The translations under genes and the position numbers were made by a program. Below are positions 1 to 9,404 of a stretch of DNA of 49,422 bases, in pieces. The stretch lies in IMG/VR virus record IMGVR_UViG_3300002101_000014, positions 1-49,422 of that record. One strand, written 5' to 3'. The DNA comes from a virus (lineage: Duplodnaviria > Caudoviricetes). Every line of letters starts with the position of its first letter. The first letter of the stretch is position 1. The notes beneath the pieces are model-generated. The model saw only the letters and a list, made by a program, of their open reading frames with translations. It had not been told where the DNA came from and did not search any database.

Positions 1-36
1 TGAATAAGTTATAACTATCTGGACAAAATACTGTAT

Positions 37-104
37 GTGTAATTCTCCAGATATTTATATAAACCTTATAAGCACCTATATTGCGATAGGTGCTTATTAA
101 TTTC
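37..104 (+). ncRNA. Candidate small RNA, unit A
   Basis: SigG-like TGAATA-17-CAAAATA at 1-30, no ORF, 12-bp hairpin ATAAGCACCTAT/ATAGGTGCTTAT; homologous to unit B. Confidence 0.4.
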
Positions 105-176
105 TTGTAATAAAAAAGAAACTAAATGATAGCTTCCAATGATTAAACTATAAATTTATGGCTATAATACTAATGT

Positions 177-251
177 ATTAAATATCCCCCGATATTTTTA
201 TAACCCCTTTATAGGCGCTTATGTTAGAGATAGGCGCCTATTATTTTTTTG
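177..251 (+). ncRNA. Candidate small RNA, unit B
   Basis: TATAAT at 165-170, C-rich leader, hairpin ATAGGCGCTTAT/ATAGGCGCCTAT followed by T-run. Confidence 0.4.
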
Positions 252-280
252 TAATAAATAAGAAGCTATCGGCTAGCTCC
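252..280 (-). terminator. Intrinsic terminator after tail fibre chaperone
   Basis: Minus strand GGAGCTA-gccga-TAGCTTC then TTATTTATTAC; similar copy at about 107-137. Confidence 0.55.
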
Positions 281-669
281 TAAGTTGATATTATTTTAAG
301 TTCATTTCTTAATTCAATTTTTCTAGCAAGCCTATCTTGCATTATTTGAGGAAGTTTTGTTATATCCAATCCAATAGCATTTATCAAATCCTCAGTTGCT
401 CTTGGAAGAACCATATCCAAGGAGAATAATTCCTCCATTATTAATTGCTTATCAGACTTTGGTATCACCTCAGGAATTACTTCATCAGGTATTTCTTCTA
501 CACCCCATTTATTATTTGCAAACCTTACTACCTGGGCTGTTAAACAAATGGGAGGTTCAATGTCAGTAGCAAGGGCAGGTATGTGAAATATCCCAGGTTC
601 TAAGGGACTTTCTCTTGCTTCTGATACCCCCATAAATAAACCTTCTTGGTCATAATTGTATATCTTCAT
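280..669 (-). CDS. Tail fibre assembly (Tfa-like) chaperone
   Basis: Start moved to MKIYNYDQ (GGGGG RBS); IYNYD..G.F.G...A..SPLEPG.F.IPA.AT..EPP pattern; directly after fibre gene. Confidence 0.75.
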   Translation of the reverse strand: MKIYNYDQEGLFMGVSEARESPLEPGIFHIPALATDIEPPICLTAQVVRFANNKWGVEEIPDEVIPEVIPKSDKQLIMEELFSLDMVLPRATEDLINAIGLDITKLPQIMQDRLARKIELRNELKIIST

Positions 670-679
670 ATTAAACCCC

Positions 680-3600
680 CTAATATTTGATGCAAGCAAG
701 CAAAGCAATATTTTCTGGTCTTGACTCTGTTCCTCCAGTATTGTCAGTAGCAAATTGGTTGCCTACAGTAGCTGATGTGTTATATCCTAAATAAGTATGA
801 ACTGTTCCCCCTCCACTATAAGCATTCCATATATGTGTAATACTGTGTTGATGGGATACGTTTTGACTTCCTTGATAACTAGAAAATACTCTACCAGTAT
901 CATGTGGTGAGCCATCACTAAGTCCTCTAATAAATTCGCCTCTTAAATCTGGTACATTAAAAGTTGTACTCCCATTACCTGTCCCCCATAGGGTTCCTAT
1001 TGCGGCAAACAGATTAGCATATGAAGTTCTACTTACAGGTGCACCATCTGCTCTTAACCATCCAACTGGAGGAGTATTCATTGCCATATAAGAAATCATT
1101 CCTGCAAAACATTTTGAGTTTATACTACCATCATCCCCAATATCAAAGGCAGATACTCCAGTAGACCGTTTCTTGAAATGTATCCCCGTATCAAAAGTCA
1201 CATCGGTAAATCCATCGCTAATTAGAGGATAACCAATTTTAATATAATATGGATTTGCCCCAATACCTCCAGCACTTGTAAGTATTAACCCCTGTATGGA
1301 ATCAAGTGTTGCATCAAAGGTTCCATTAGCTCCTGAAGATACATAATGAGCTAACAACTGACTACTTTTAAGTGTAACTCTACTTTCTCCTGGTACTTGG
1401 CCATATTGTGATAAATCAGGGTAAGTGGATACTATTTGTATTATTCCATCCTTAGCTAACATGCCATCTTTACTTAGCACTATTAAGTTGTTTCCAGAAC
1501 CATCTTTTATATATTCAATACCACTTACATTACTAGCCCCACCAAGAGTAAGAGTTCCGCCTTTAATATTTCCGCCATCAATAACCACGCTTCCTGGAGT
1601 TAATAAATTTGTAATTGTTACAAGCCCATTTAAGTTCAAATTTGAAGCATCTATTGTGATTGTTTCAGGGCTTGCATTAATAGAAGCAATTACACCATTG
1701 GCACTAACTTTAAGTGATATCTGTCCTGCTTGAGTGGTAATACTTCCCTCTGCTGTTGTCATCCTGGTGGTTACACCTGTGACATTACTATTTGTGGTAT
1801 CTAAGCTTGTCTGCGTAGCTTTTAGGGTAATTTGACCAGCTTGAGTTACAATTGTTGCTTCTGCGGTAGTTACTCTAGTGGTTAAAGCTGTTGCGTTCGT
1901 ATTAGCAAGGTTAGCAGCAGTTTGAGCAGTTAAGGCATTAGTAACCCCAGTATTTGCCGTTCCTTGAGCACTAGCAGCATTTGTAACACCGAGATTAGCC
2001 TGAGTTTGAGCGGTCGTTACATTAGTATTAGTTGTACTAAAATTACCACTTACGGTTGATTGATAAGTTGTAAAATCAGTTTGTGTGGCCTTTAACACTA
2101 TACTATTGTTAAGTAAAGTTATTGAACCCTCATTGGTGGAAATTCTTGTTGTAGCACTATCTATCTGACTTTGAACATCCTCTGGCGCAGGTGTCCAGTC
2201 TGTTGCTTTGTTGCCTATTTCAAGCTTTATATTTTTGAAACTTATAACATCGCCGGCTACAAAGCTTACACTTAATACAAATGCGTCTGATGCAGGTACT
2301 GTTGCTATATTTATTACAAGAGATATACGTTGCCATGCACCATTCGTATTAGGAATATTCGCAGTGACAACTTGACCGGGTGCTGCTAGTTTATCAAACA
2401 CTAACCCATTAGTATATGATTTTGTGGTTCTAACATCTAAACTTATTACATAATTTTGATTAGCAACTAAAGGAATACTTAATAAATTATCTACAAATTT
2501 ATACATATCATAATTGCCAGATTGTGTTGCTGTTAACCGTATTAATGGTTCACCACTTTCTATTAATGCTTCTACAGTAACTGTTGTAGACCAATCATAA
2601 CCCCAACCCACGGCACTAATAAAGGTAGTATTAGATGTTTTTAATAAATTCCTTCCACCAACCTGAATAGCACCAATACTATTATTAATATCTGTTTGAG
2701 TTACTTTTAAAGTGATTTGTCCTTGTAATACTGAAATACTACTACTCTGTGTACTCAAAGAAGTATTAATTGTACTTATAGCACTATTATTTGTAGTTAC
2801 ATAGCTGTTGTAAGTAGTGGTATCAACTTTTAGGGCTATAGTTGAAGCATTAGCCGTTATTGAAGCCCCTTGGGTTGTTATGGTTGAACCTTGACTTGCC
2901 TGTGTACTGAGAATACTACTTATCTGTACATCAAGCGTACTACTATTTATAGTAATTCTATTTGCCTGGATATTAGTTGTACCACCATTAACCGCCGTAA
3001 CCACAGAAGAAATATTGAGCTTGCTCCCATCAATGTTAGCTGTACCAGATACTTTGCTATTATCTATTGCACCAGCAGCTATTCTTTGACCATTTATAGT
3101 CCCTGCTGTAATGTTATCTGCTGTTAGATTTTTAACCGTAATAATTGCAGCATCTATAATCCCAGCAGTTATCTTTGAGGCCGATAAGTCACTTATTTGA
3201 GCACTTCCTATAGCTCCAACTGCAATTATTCCGCTGCCTGCTATAATTGCTCCTGCTGCTATATTACCAGCACCTAGGTTCCCAGCTAATAAAGTATTAA
3301 TAGAAGCTATATTGGAGGTTAAGCTGGTGATATTACCGTTGGTTGCTGTTAGATTTACTATTGTGGCATAGGTAGCACTAAGGTTATTAACCTTGCCTAC
3401 ATCTATTGTGGCATTATCTATGATGCCATTAGTAATATGAGCTGTGGTGACTTCTAATGTTCCTATTCTTGCTGTAACTACACTTAAATCCTGTATGTCG
3501 GCTATAACGATATGAACATTTTGAAGCTGTGTCCAATCTATACCATCAACTTTAGTACCGTCTACCAATCCATCACTTGTTGTTACTGTATCCACTACAT

Positions 3601-4588
3601 CAGCGCTATTAATCAACCGAACTTGTAAAACCTCTAAACTTACTATTTTATTAGCAATTTCAACCGTATTTCGCTCTGGCTCTTCTGGATAATTCGTAAG
3701 TTTAATTATTCTCTGCCTTTCCTTGATATCCTTGCTCTTGGCTAACAAGGTGATTGTATCCCCTAAACTGTAATCTAAAATACCATAGGTACTATTACTA
3801 CTAAGGTCTAATATATCAGCCCTGTAGGACTTGTAAGGCACGCTTAAATAAGCAAGCCTATCTATGCCATCATCCATTAAAGATTGTGCATCAGTGTATC
3901 TGTTATCTTCCCAATACGCTGTTATTATTTTTCCACTGTACTGATAGTTTTCGATATAATTTAAACCACCATTTATACTTGCTATGCCTAACCCATCTTT
4001 CCCTAAAGGGATAAGTCTTGTAATATAATCATATGAGTTGCGTTGCACATCAAGCTTTTTAAGATTTAATTGTTCTGCAAAATAAGTGCCTTTATCTGAA
4101 CCCATAGCTTGATAGATATAAACTTTTTTATTTATGCCATCAAAATACATTTCGCAACCATAAGCAGATTGAATTTCTTGTAGCACTATGTAGGCACTAC
4201 AGTTATTTTTCCTTACCGTCCTGAGCTTTACTACATCACAAACTCCAATAGTCCATCCTGTACCTACTAATGCCAAATTTATTGAATTAGTACAAGTTTG
4301 CTCTACAGTCTCAAAGTGGCTTACTTCTTTCCCTTTGATTCCTTCGATGTTTATTTTACAAATGTACGCTGTCCAATCATCATCAGAATAGTTAACCTCT
4401 TTGACTATATATTCATTGTCCTTAGTTTGTATATAACACTCTTCAAGGATTGCATCATGTTTTGGATCTGAAATCGGGAAAAGAAAAGACAAAGTTTCAT
4501 CAATATTTATTTCTTTGACAATATTCAGTTCTTTATAATTCGTAAGGCCATCTATTTTATTATGAGCTAATCCATATAATTGAAGCAT
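680..4588 (-). CDS. Tal-like tail tip/fibre protein with central carbohydrate-binding-like module and C-terminal tail collar domain
   Basis: N-terminal prophage tail domain (YITRLIPLGKDG), GGRNLL...DWTPAPED bracketed module, ITLKxTQ repeats, collar motif PPVGWLRADG...VSRTSYANLFAAIG...VPDLRGEFIRG. Confidence 0.9.
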   Translation of the reverse strand: MLQLYGLAHNKIDGLTNYKELNIVKEINIDETLSFLFPISDPKHDAILEECYIQTKDNEYIVKEVNYSDDDWTAYICKINIEGIKGKEVSHFETVEQTCTNSINLALVGTGWTIGVCDVVKLRTVRKNNCSAYIVLQEIQSAYGCEMYFDGINKKVYIYQAMGSDKGTYFAEQLNLKKLDVQRNSYDYITRLIPLGKDGLGIASINGGLNYIENYQYSGKIITAYWEDNRYTDAQSLMDDGIDRLAYLSVPYKSYRADILDLSSNSTYGILDYSLGDTITLLAKSKDIKERQRIIKLTNYPEEPERNTVEIANKIVSLEVLQVRLINSADVVDTVTTSDGLVDGTKVDGIDWTQLQNVHIVIADIQDLSVVTARIGTLEVTTAHITNGIIDNATIDVGKVNNLSATYATIVNLTATNGNITSLTSNIASINTLLAGNLGAGNIAAGAIIAGSGIIAVGAIGSAQISDLSASKITAGIIDAAIITVKNLTADNITAGTINGQRIAAGAIDNSKVSGTANIDGSKLNISSVVTAVNGGTTNIQANRITINSSTLDVQISSILSTQASQGSTITTQGASITANASTIALKVDTTTYNSYVTTNNSAISTINTSLSTQSSSISVLQGQITLKVTQTDINNSIGAIQVGGRNLLKTSNTTFISAVGWGYDWSTTVTVEALIESGEPLIRLTATQSGNYDMYKFVDNLLSIPLVANQNYVISLDVRTTKSYTNGLVFDKLAAPGQVVTANIPNTNGAWQRISLVINIATVPASDAFVLSVSFVAGDVISFKNIKLEIGNKATDWTPAPEDVQSQIDSATTRISTNEGSITLLNNSIVLKATQTDFTTYQSTVSGNFSTTNTNVTTAQTQANLGVTNAASAQGTANTGVTNALTAQTAANLANTNATALTTRVTTAEATIVTQAGQITLKATQTSLDTTNSNVTGVTTRMTTAEGSITTQAGQISLKVSANGVIASINASPETITIDASNLNLNGLVTITNLLTPGSVVIDGGNIKGGTLTLGGASNVSGIEYIKDGSGNNLIVLSKDGMLAKDGIIQIVSTYPDLSQYGQVPGESRVTLKSSQLLAHYVSSGANGTFDATLDSIQGLILTSAGGIGANPYYIKIGYPLISDGFTDVTFDTGIHFKKRSTGVSAFDIGDDGSINSKCFAGMISYMAMNTPPVGWLRADGAPVSRTSYANLFAAIGTLWGTGNGSTTFNVPDLRGEFIRGLSDGSPHDTGRVFSSYQGSQNVSHQHSITHIWNAYSGGGTVHTYLGYNTSATVGNQFATDNTGGTESRPENIALLACIKY

Positions 4589-4620
4589 TAGGCACCTCCT
4601 CTCCTATGATAGAAAGGCTG

Positions 4621-5001
4621 TTACACTTCTATCATAAATTCTATTGCTGTAAGCTCTGATGGCGAGATATTAAATCCATTAAGTTCATCTATTTTAAACT
4701 TATGAATATCAACTTCATTTTCTATTGCTAGAAGTTCTATAAAATCTTTATTCCAATCTTCCAAATGTTCTGGCTGTATTTTAATTTGATTATTTTTGCC
4801 TACAATAGTTTTACCATTTTCATCTTTAACACTATATTTTTCTATAAGTTTTTCCCTTTCCGAATTATATATTTTTAATTCTGCCTCTAACTTTGCTATG
4901 TTTTTAGATATTGCATAGCTGACCTTTACAGGCAGTTGTTTCTGAGATACTTCTCCAAGTTTTGTGGAACTGTTTAATATTACTTCATTACTAATTTTCA
5001 T
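4621..5001 (-). CDS. DUF1617-like tail-associated protein
   Basis: LPVKVSYAISKN...EREKLIEKY pattern; RBS present. Confidence 0.65.
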   Translation of the reverse strand: MKISNEVILNSSTKLGEVSQKQLPVKVSYAISKNIAKLEAELKIYNSEREKLIEKYSVKDENGKTIVGKNNQIKIQPEHLEDWNKDFIELLAIENEVDIHKFKIDELNGFNISPSELTAIEFMIEV

Positions 5002-5021
5002 TTAATATTGCCCCTTTCAAA

Positions 5022-5264
5022 CTAAAATATAACGTACCCTAACTCTGTAGCTCTAGTTGTTACTGCTGTCATAAACTCCACATATTGGGCCTTTACTGCC
5101 TCGGCATTAGCTGCAACCAATTCCTTATTGGTAACACTCATTGCTATATTAAAGTTTTGATTATTGGTATCCAGAGTAGCATTTAGGTAAGCCACTTGAA
5201 CATCTGCGTTATTTGTATCCTTTACCATTACTACGGCTGAAAAATTTGTTGTTTCATTGACCAT
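5022..5264 (-). CDS. Hypothetical tail-region protein
   Basis: 80-aa ORF with GAAGG RBS, in operon with neighbour. Confidence 0.7.
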   Translation of the reverse strand: MVNETTNFSAVVMVKDTNNADVQVAYLNATLDTNNQNFNIAMSVTNKELVAANAEAVKAQYVEFMTAVTTRATELGYVIF

Positions 5265-5312
5265 TGTTAATACCTTCTTTCATTTAATTTTTGTAATAAA
5301 ATACCTCCAATT

Positions 5313-5340
5313 AAAGGTTATTGTATATTTTTGTAGAAAT
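5313..5340 (+). promoter_or_regulatory. SigH-like promoter
   Basis: AAAGGT-17 nt-GAAAT. Confidence 0.55.
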
Positions 5341-5363
5341 ACCTTTTAAAGGAGGTGATAATT

Positions 5364-5621
5364 ATGAGTAAAATTGAACAATATTTAAACTATGTTTATC
5401 TTAAAGATGACAACATTAATCCTGGCTCCATAAGTTTAAAGACAAATGGAGAATTTAAGAGGGAAGAAAATATTGTCATCAGTATACCAGAAAGATTTCA
5501 GAGAATTTCAACTTACGAAAATGGATTAATTGTATGTGAAGAAATGCTTCCTGGTCAACATATTTTTCGATTTAATAAACCTTACAATGAAACTGAAACA
5601 GGAGTGCTTTTCTTTGAGTAA
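5364..5621 (+). CDS. Moron, hypothetical protein
   Basis: AAAGGAGGTG RBS, ATG at 5364, opposite strand to tail operon, own promoter. Confidence 0.75.
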   Translation: MSKIEQYLNYVYLKDDNINPGSISLKTNGEFKREENIVISIPERFQRISTYENGLIVCEEMLPGQHIFRFNKPYNETETGVLFFE

Positions 5622-5785
5622 GGCCCTAAATCAAATTTCCTCATTTCTTCATCTGTCAATTTGCCAACTTGAATATTAGCAAATGATGTAGCACAATTAA
5701 AGCTAGGGATTGCAATAGGCATAGATTTTTTTATGCCTATTCTTTTTAATATCCGATTTAAAATAAATTTCACTCTATTCACCAC
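5582..5785 (-). CDS. Small hypothetical protein
   Basis: Follows Dit gene with AAAGGTGG RBS; overlaps moron convergently. Confidence 0.55.
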   Translation of the reverse strand: MVNRVKFILNRILKRIGIKKSMPIAIPSFNCATSFANIQVGKLTDEEMRKFDLGPYSKKSTPVSVSL

Positions 5786-5790
5786 CTTTT

Positions 5791-6486
5791 CTATATATAT
5801 TTTGGTTTATACTGAATTTGTATTACACAATTAGAACTGCTTGTAGTAATTATATTCGCTCCTGGTTGCAATACAGGGAAGCTCCACATATCAGTGTCAG
5901 AAAACTTATTAAGTCCATTAGACATTACTGTACAAGCTTCTCCATCAATAACTACTGGTATATTTGCTTTTAGATTTTTAATAGTTATAGAATCATCTCC
6001 AAAGCCTGTTAAAGTTAAAGAAATTGTATCTATTGGAGCTGTTACGGTTACTATTGCAGGTGTTGGGAGATTACCTGGTACATTTATTGTTTTGGTGGCT
6101 ACATGGTCTAGGGTTTCAGTTATTGCAAGCTTATAAGCATAGCCTGATTTAAGCTCAACATCTAAAGTGTAATGTCCATTTGCTATTTTAGTATTTAAAC
6201 TGCTTACTATAGTACAATCATAATAAAATGATACATCAACAAATTTTAGAGTGCATTTTTCAAGCTGCTTAACTAAATTACTTATGTCGTTTAATACGCT
6301 ATCATTGTCAATGTCCTCTACTAATAATTGTATTTTTATTTTTTTATATTTCTCCTGCTTCCCCATATAAAGAGGGTTGTTTGATTGTCTTAACCAATCA
6401 TCATATATAGTTACTTCTGAGGACTGAATATCTTTTGAAAGGAGTATAGCTTTAAATGTTGTTATATCCAAATTATTTACAAGCAT
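5791..6486 (-). CDS. Distal tail protein (Dit)
   Basis: Immediately after tape measure gene; GNLPTP...FPVLQPGAN.I...YKPKYI pattern. Confidence 0.85.
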   Translation of the reverse strand: MLVNNLDITTFKAILLSKDIQSSEVTIYDDWLRQSNNPLYMGKQEKYKKIKIQLLVEDIDNDSVLNDISNLVKQLEKCTLKFVDVSFYYDCTIVSSLNTKIANGHYTLDVELKSGYAYKLAITETLDHVATKTINVPGNLPTPAIVTVTAPIDTISLTLTGFGDDSITIKNLKANIPVVIDGEACTVMSNGLNKFSDTDMWSFPVLQPGANIITTSSSNCVIQIQYKPKYI

Positions 6487-9350
6487 TAGCCTTGCCTCCT
6501 TTGCACAAGTTGCCCTGCTTTATTCATAAAATAATCTATATCTTTTTTGTCTGCAAATGAATAAGAGCCATTGAAATTTATATTTGTATCGCCTTGTTTT
6601 GAAGTATTTTGACTTGAACTTCCGATGCTTCCCATTCCAGCCATAGCCGGAGTTAATTGCATTCCTAGATTAACATTTGCAGCTAAACCTTTTACTGCAT
6701 TTGTAACTAGACTTTTGCTGTTTTCTATTCCTTTTGCTAGCCCACCCATAAAGTCCGGCATCCATGATTCATAATCTTTTAATGGCCCTTCGTCTGGTGT
6801 ACTAAAGTGTAATAGTCTTCTTATCTTATCTGCAACATTTGTAACAGTATCAACTACACCTCTTATTTTGTCATTTATACCATTGATTAAGCCTTGTATA
6901 AAGTCAATACCCCAACTATATGCCTTGCCTGGAAGAGAAGTTATAAATGAAGTCGCAGCATTGAAGCCGCTTGATATAAACCCACCTAATCCATTCAATA
7001 TTGAGCCTATACCATTTTTTAAACCATTGAACATATTTACACCTAAGTTATACAGGTTGCCTGGAAGATTTGCAAAGAATGTAACAACACCATTAAAAAT
7101 ATTAATTGCTCCATTTACAATGCCAGTTATTAAATTATGGATTATGGCTTTAAAACCATTCCAAGCTGCTACAGCGGTGTTAGTTATTGCATTCCATAAG
7201 CCAGATATGAAACTTGTAAATCCATTCCATGCTGCTACAGCACTATTTATAGTTCCGACAATTAAATTATATACTGTAGTTTTAACAGCAGTCCATGTAT
7301 TTGAAGCAGTAGTCAATATCGCTTGCCATAATGAACTCATAAAATTATTGAATCCATTAAATGCATCTATAGCTACATTCACAATTAAACTCCATGCTTG
7401 GGATAATGTAGTTGTTATAATCTGAACCGCATATTTGAAAATATTTTTAATGTTGTCCCATATGTTGCTAAACAAATTAGATAAATTTGAGAAAATATGA
7501 CTTGCATCATCTTTTAATCTAGTAAAGTTTCCAGTTACTAAATCTATAATTAAAAGGATAGCCCCAAGGAATATGTTTTTAATTACATCCCATACATTTT
7601 CGAAAATAATTTGTAAGCTTGCAAATATAATTTTAACATCTTCTATTTGATTAGAAAAGGTAGTGGTTACAAATGTAACAATTCCATTAATAGTATTTGT
7701 AAAAATAGTTTTAATCCCAATCCAAACACTTGAAACTACATTTTTAATTCCGTTCCATGTATTTGAAAAGAAATTTTCTATCCCGTTAAAAACATTTGTT
7801 GCAGCAATAGAGATGCTATTCCAAGTATTCGAAAAGAAATCTTTAATTCCATTCCAAGCATTTTCCGTAGTGGTTTTTATTCCTGCCCAAAGATTAGTAA
7901 AGAAAGTGCCTATACCATTCCAAATATTAGTTACAGTAGTTGTTATGCTATTCCATGTGTTTTTAAAGAAGTCTACAATTCCGTTGAAAACATTTACCGT
8001 AGTGTCAGCTATACTCTTAAATATTTTGCCGAGGAAAGTGCTTACTACATCCCAGTTTTTATAAAGCAAAACTCCTATTGCTATTAATGCACCAATCGCT
8101 AAAATTACCAATCCTATAGGGCCCATTAAAAATGTGAATGCAACGGTGAGTGCTCCAATAGCTGTTGCAATACCACTTATTATAAAAGCCAACGGTGCTA
8201 TTGCTGCCACTATAGCTAACACAATTAAAATAGTTTTTTTTGTGCCATCGCTTAATCCGCTAAAATTCTTTGCTAACCCTGCAACATATTGTGCTGCTTT
8301 TGCGAGTATAGGTGCTAACATAACTCCAATACTTTCGCCTGCTTCTTTAATACTTTCTGTTGCTACCCGTGTACTATTAGCAGCTCCATCACTGGTTCTT
8401 GCAAAATCCCCTTGTGCACTCGTAGTTTTCGCCATAACATAATTATATCTAAGTTGTACCTGCTCTTGTTGTGTCATATCTGCTATTTTAGTTTTAATAC
8501 CCTTTGATGCTGCAAACTCTTGCAAATTCTGTTGTGTCATCACTATACCTAATTTTTTTAAACTTTCCGTTTCACCTGTAAACACACTATCTAATGCAGT
8601 ATTAGCTTCATCAATTGAAATATTTTTAAAAGAAGCAAGATCACCACCTAATCCAACTAATTTTTCAGACATTAATGCAGCAGCAGCTTGAGGTAATCCC
8701 ATACTTGTTGCCATATCGCCAAAATTACTTGCCATATCTAAAGCTGTTCCTGATGCAATTCCAAAGCTATCTAATGTTGTTTTGCTGAAATTTTCAACAC
8801 TTTTTGCAGAACTCCCAAAAGCAACGTCTACTTTATTTAAACTTTCAATGTAATCGCTACCCATTTTTACAGCCGCTCCACCTAATGCCGCAACTGCAAT
8901 TGTAGCTGGCATCATTGCTTGACCTACTTTAGTGGAACCTTTTGCAATTTTATCTGACGTTTCTGCTATTTTACTTAATGCTACATTGCTATTCTTTGCT
9001 TGCTTTTCTAAAAGTTTCAATTGATCTGCTGTTTTAATTACTTCTCTTTGCAATGCTCTATATTGTTCTTCGCTAACCTTCCCCTGCTCAAACTGTAGTT
9101 GTACTTGTTTTTGAGCTTCCTTTAAAGCATCAAGTTTAACTTTAGTATTCGTTATGCTTTCAGTCAAAAGCTGTTGTTTTTGAGTTAAAAGTACAGTGCT
9201 ATTAGGTTCAAATTTTAACTGATAATTTACCTGTTTTAGTTCTGTTGTTAAATCACTACTTGTTTTGTTCACACCTTTTAGTGCTTTATCTAAGGGAGAA
9301 GTGTCCCCATTTATCATTACGGTAATTCCTTTTATATTGTTACCAGCCAT
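6486..9350 (-). CDS. Tape measure protein
   Basis: IKGITV.I.GDT N-terminus, 11-residue W/F periodic repeats, LHFSTPDEGPL C-terminal motif. Confidence 0.95.
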   Translation of the reverse strand: MAGNNIKGITVMINGDTSPLDKALKGVNKTSSDLTTELKQVNYQLKFEPNSTVLLTQKQQLLTESITNTKVKLDALKEAQKQVQLQFEQGKVSEEQYRALQREVIKTADQLKLLEKQAKNSNVALSKIAETSDKIAKGSTKVGQAMMPATIAVAALGGAAVKMGSDYIESLNKVDVAFGSSAKSVENFSKTTLDSFGIASGTALDMASNFGDMATSMGLPQAAAALMSEKLVGLGGDLASFKNISIDEANTALDSVFTGETESLKKLGIVMTQQNLQEFAASKGIKTKIADMTQQEQVQLRYNYVMAKTTSAQGDFARTSDGAANSTRVATESIKEAGESIGVMLAPILAKAAQYVAGLAKNFSGLSDGTKKTILIVLAIVAAIAPLAFIISGIATAIGALTVAFTFLMGPIGLVILAIGALIAIGVLLYKNWDVVSTFLGKIFKSIADTTVNVFNGIVDFFKNTWNSITTTVTNIWNGIGTFFTNLWAGIKTTTENAWNGIKDFFSNTWNSISIAATNVFNGIENFFSNTWNGIKNVVSSVWIGIKTIFTNTINGIVTFVTTTFSNQIEDVKIIFASLQIIFENVWDVIKNIFLGAILLIIDLVTGNFTRLKDDASHIFSNLSNLFSNIWDNIKNIFKYAVQIITTTLSQAWSLIVNVAIDAFNGFNNFMSSLWQAILTTASNTWTAVKTTVYNLIVGTINSAVAAWNGFTSFISGLWNAITNTAVAAWNGFKAIIHNLITGIVNGAINIFNGVVTFFANLPGNLYNLGVNMFNGLKNGIGSILNGLGGFISSGFNAATSFITSLPGKAYSWGIDFIQGLINGINDKIRGVVDTVTNVADKIRRLLHFSTPDEGPLKDYESWMPDFMGGLAKGIENSKSLVTNAVKGLAANVNLGMQLTPAMAGMGSIGSSSQNTSKQGDTNINFNGSYSFADKKDIDYFMNKAGQLVQRRQG

Positions 9351-9370
9351 CTAATTTCACCTCATTTTTA

Positions 9371-9404
9371 GTAATAAAAAAATACGCCTATATTAAAGCG
9401 TATT
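9371..9404 (-). terminator. Intrinsic terminator after GIY-YIG gene
   Basis: Minus AATACGCTT-taatat-AGGCGTATT followed by T-run. Confidence 0.6.

Noticed and set aside
680-1110. Diversity-generating retroelement or invertible tail-tip cassette
   Set aside because: No reverse transcriptase, no template repeat of the fibre 3' end, and no inverted alternative tip in the window
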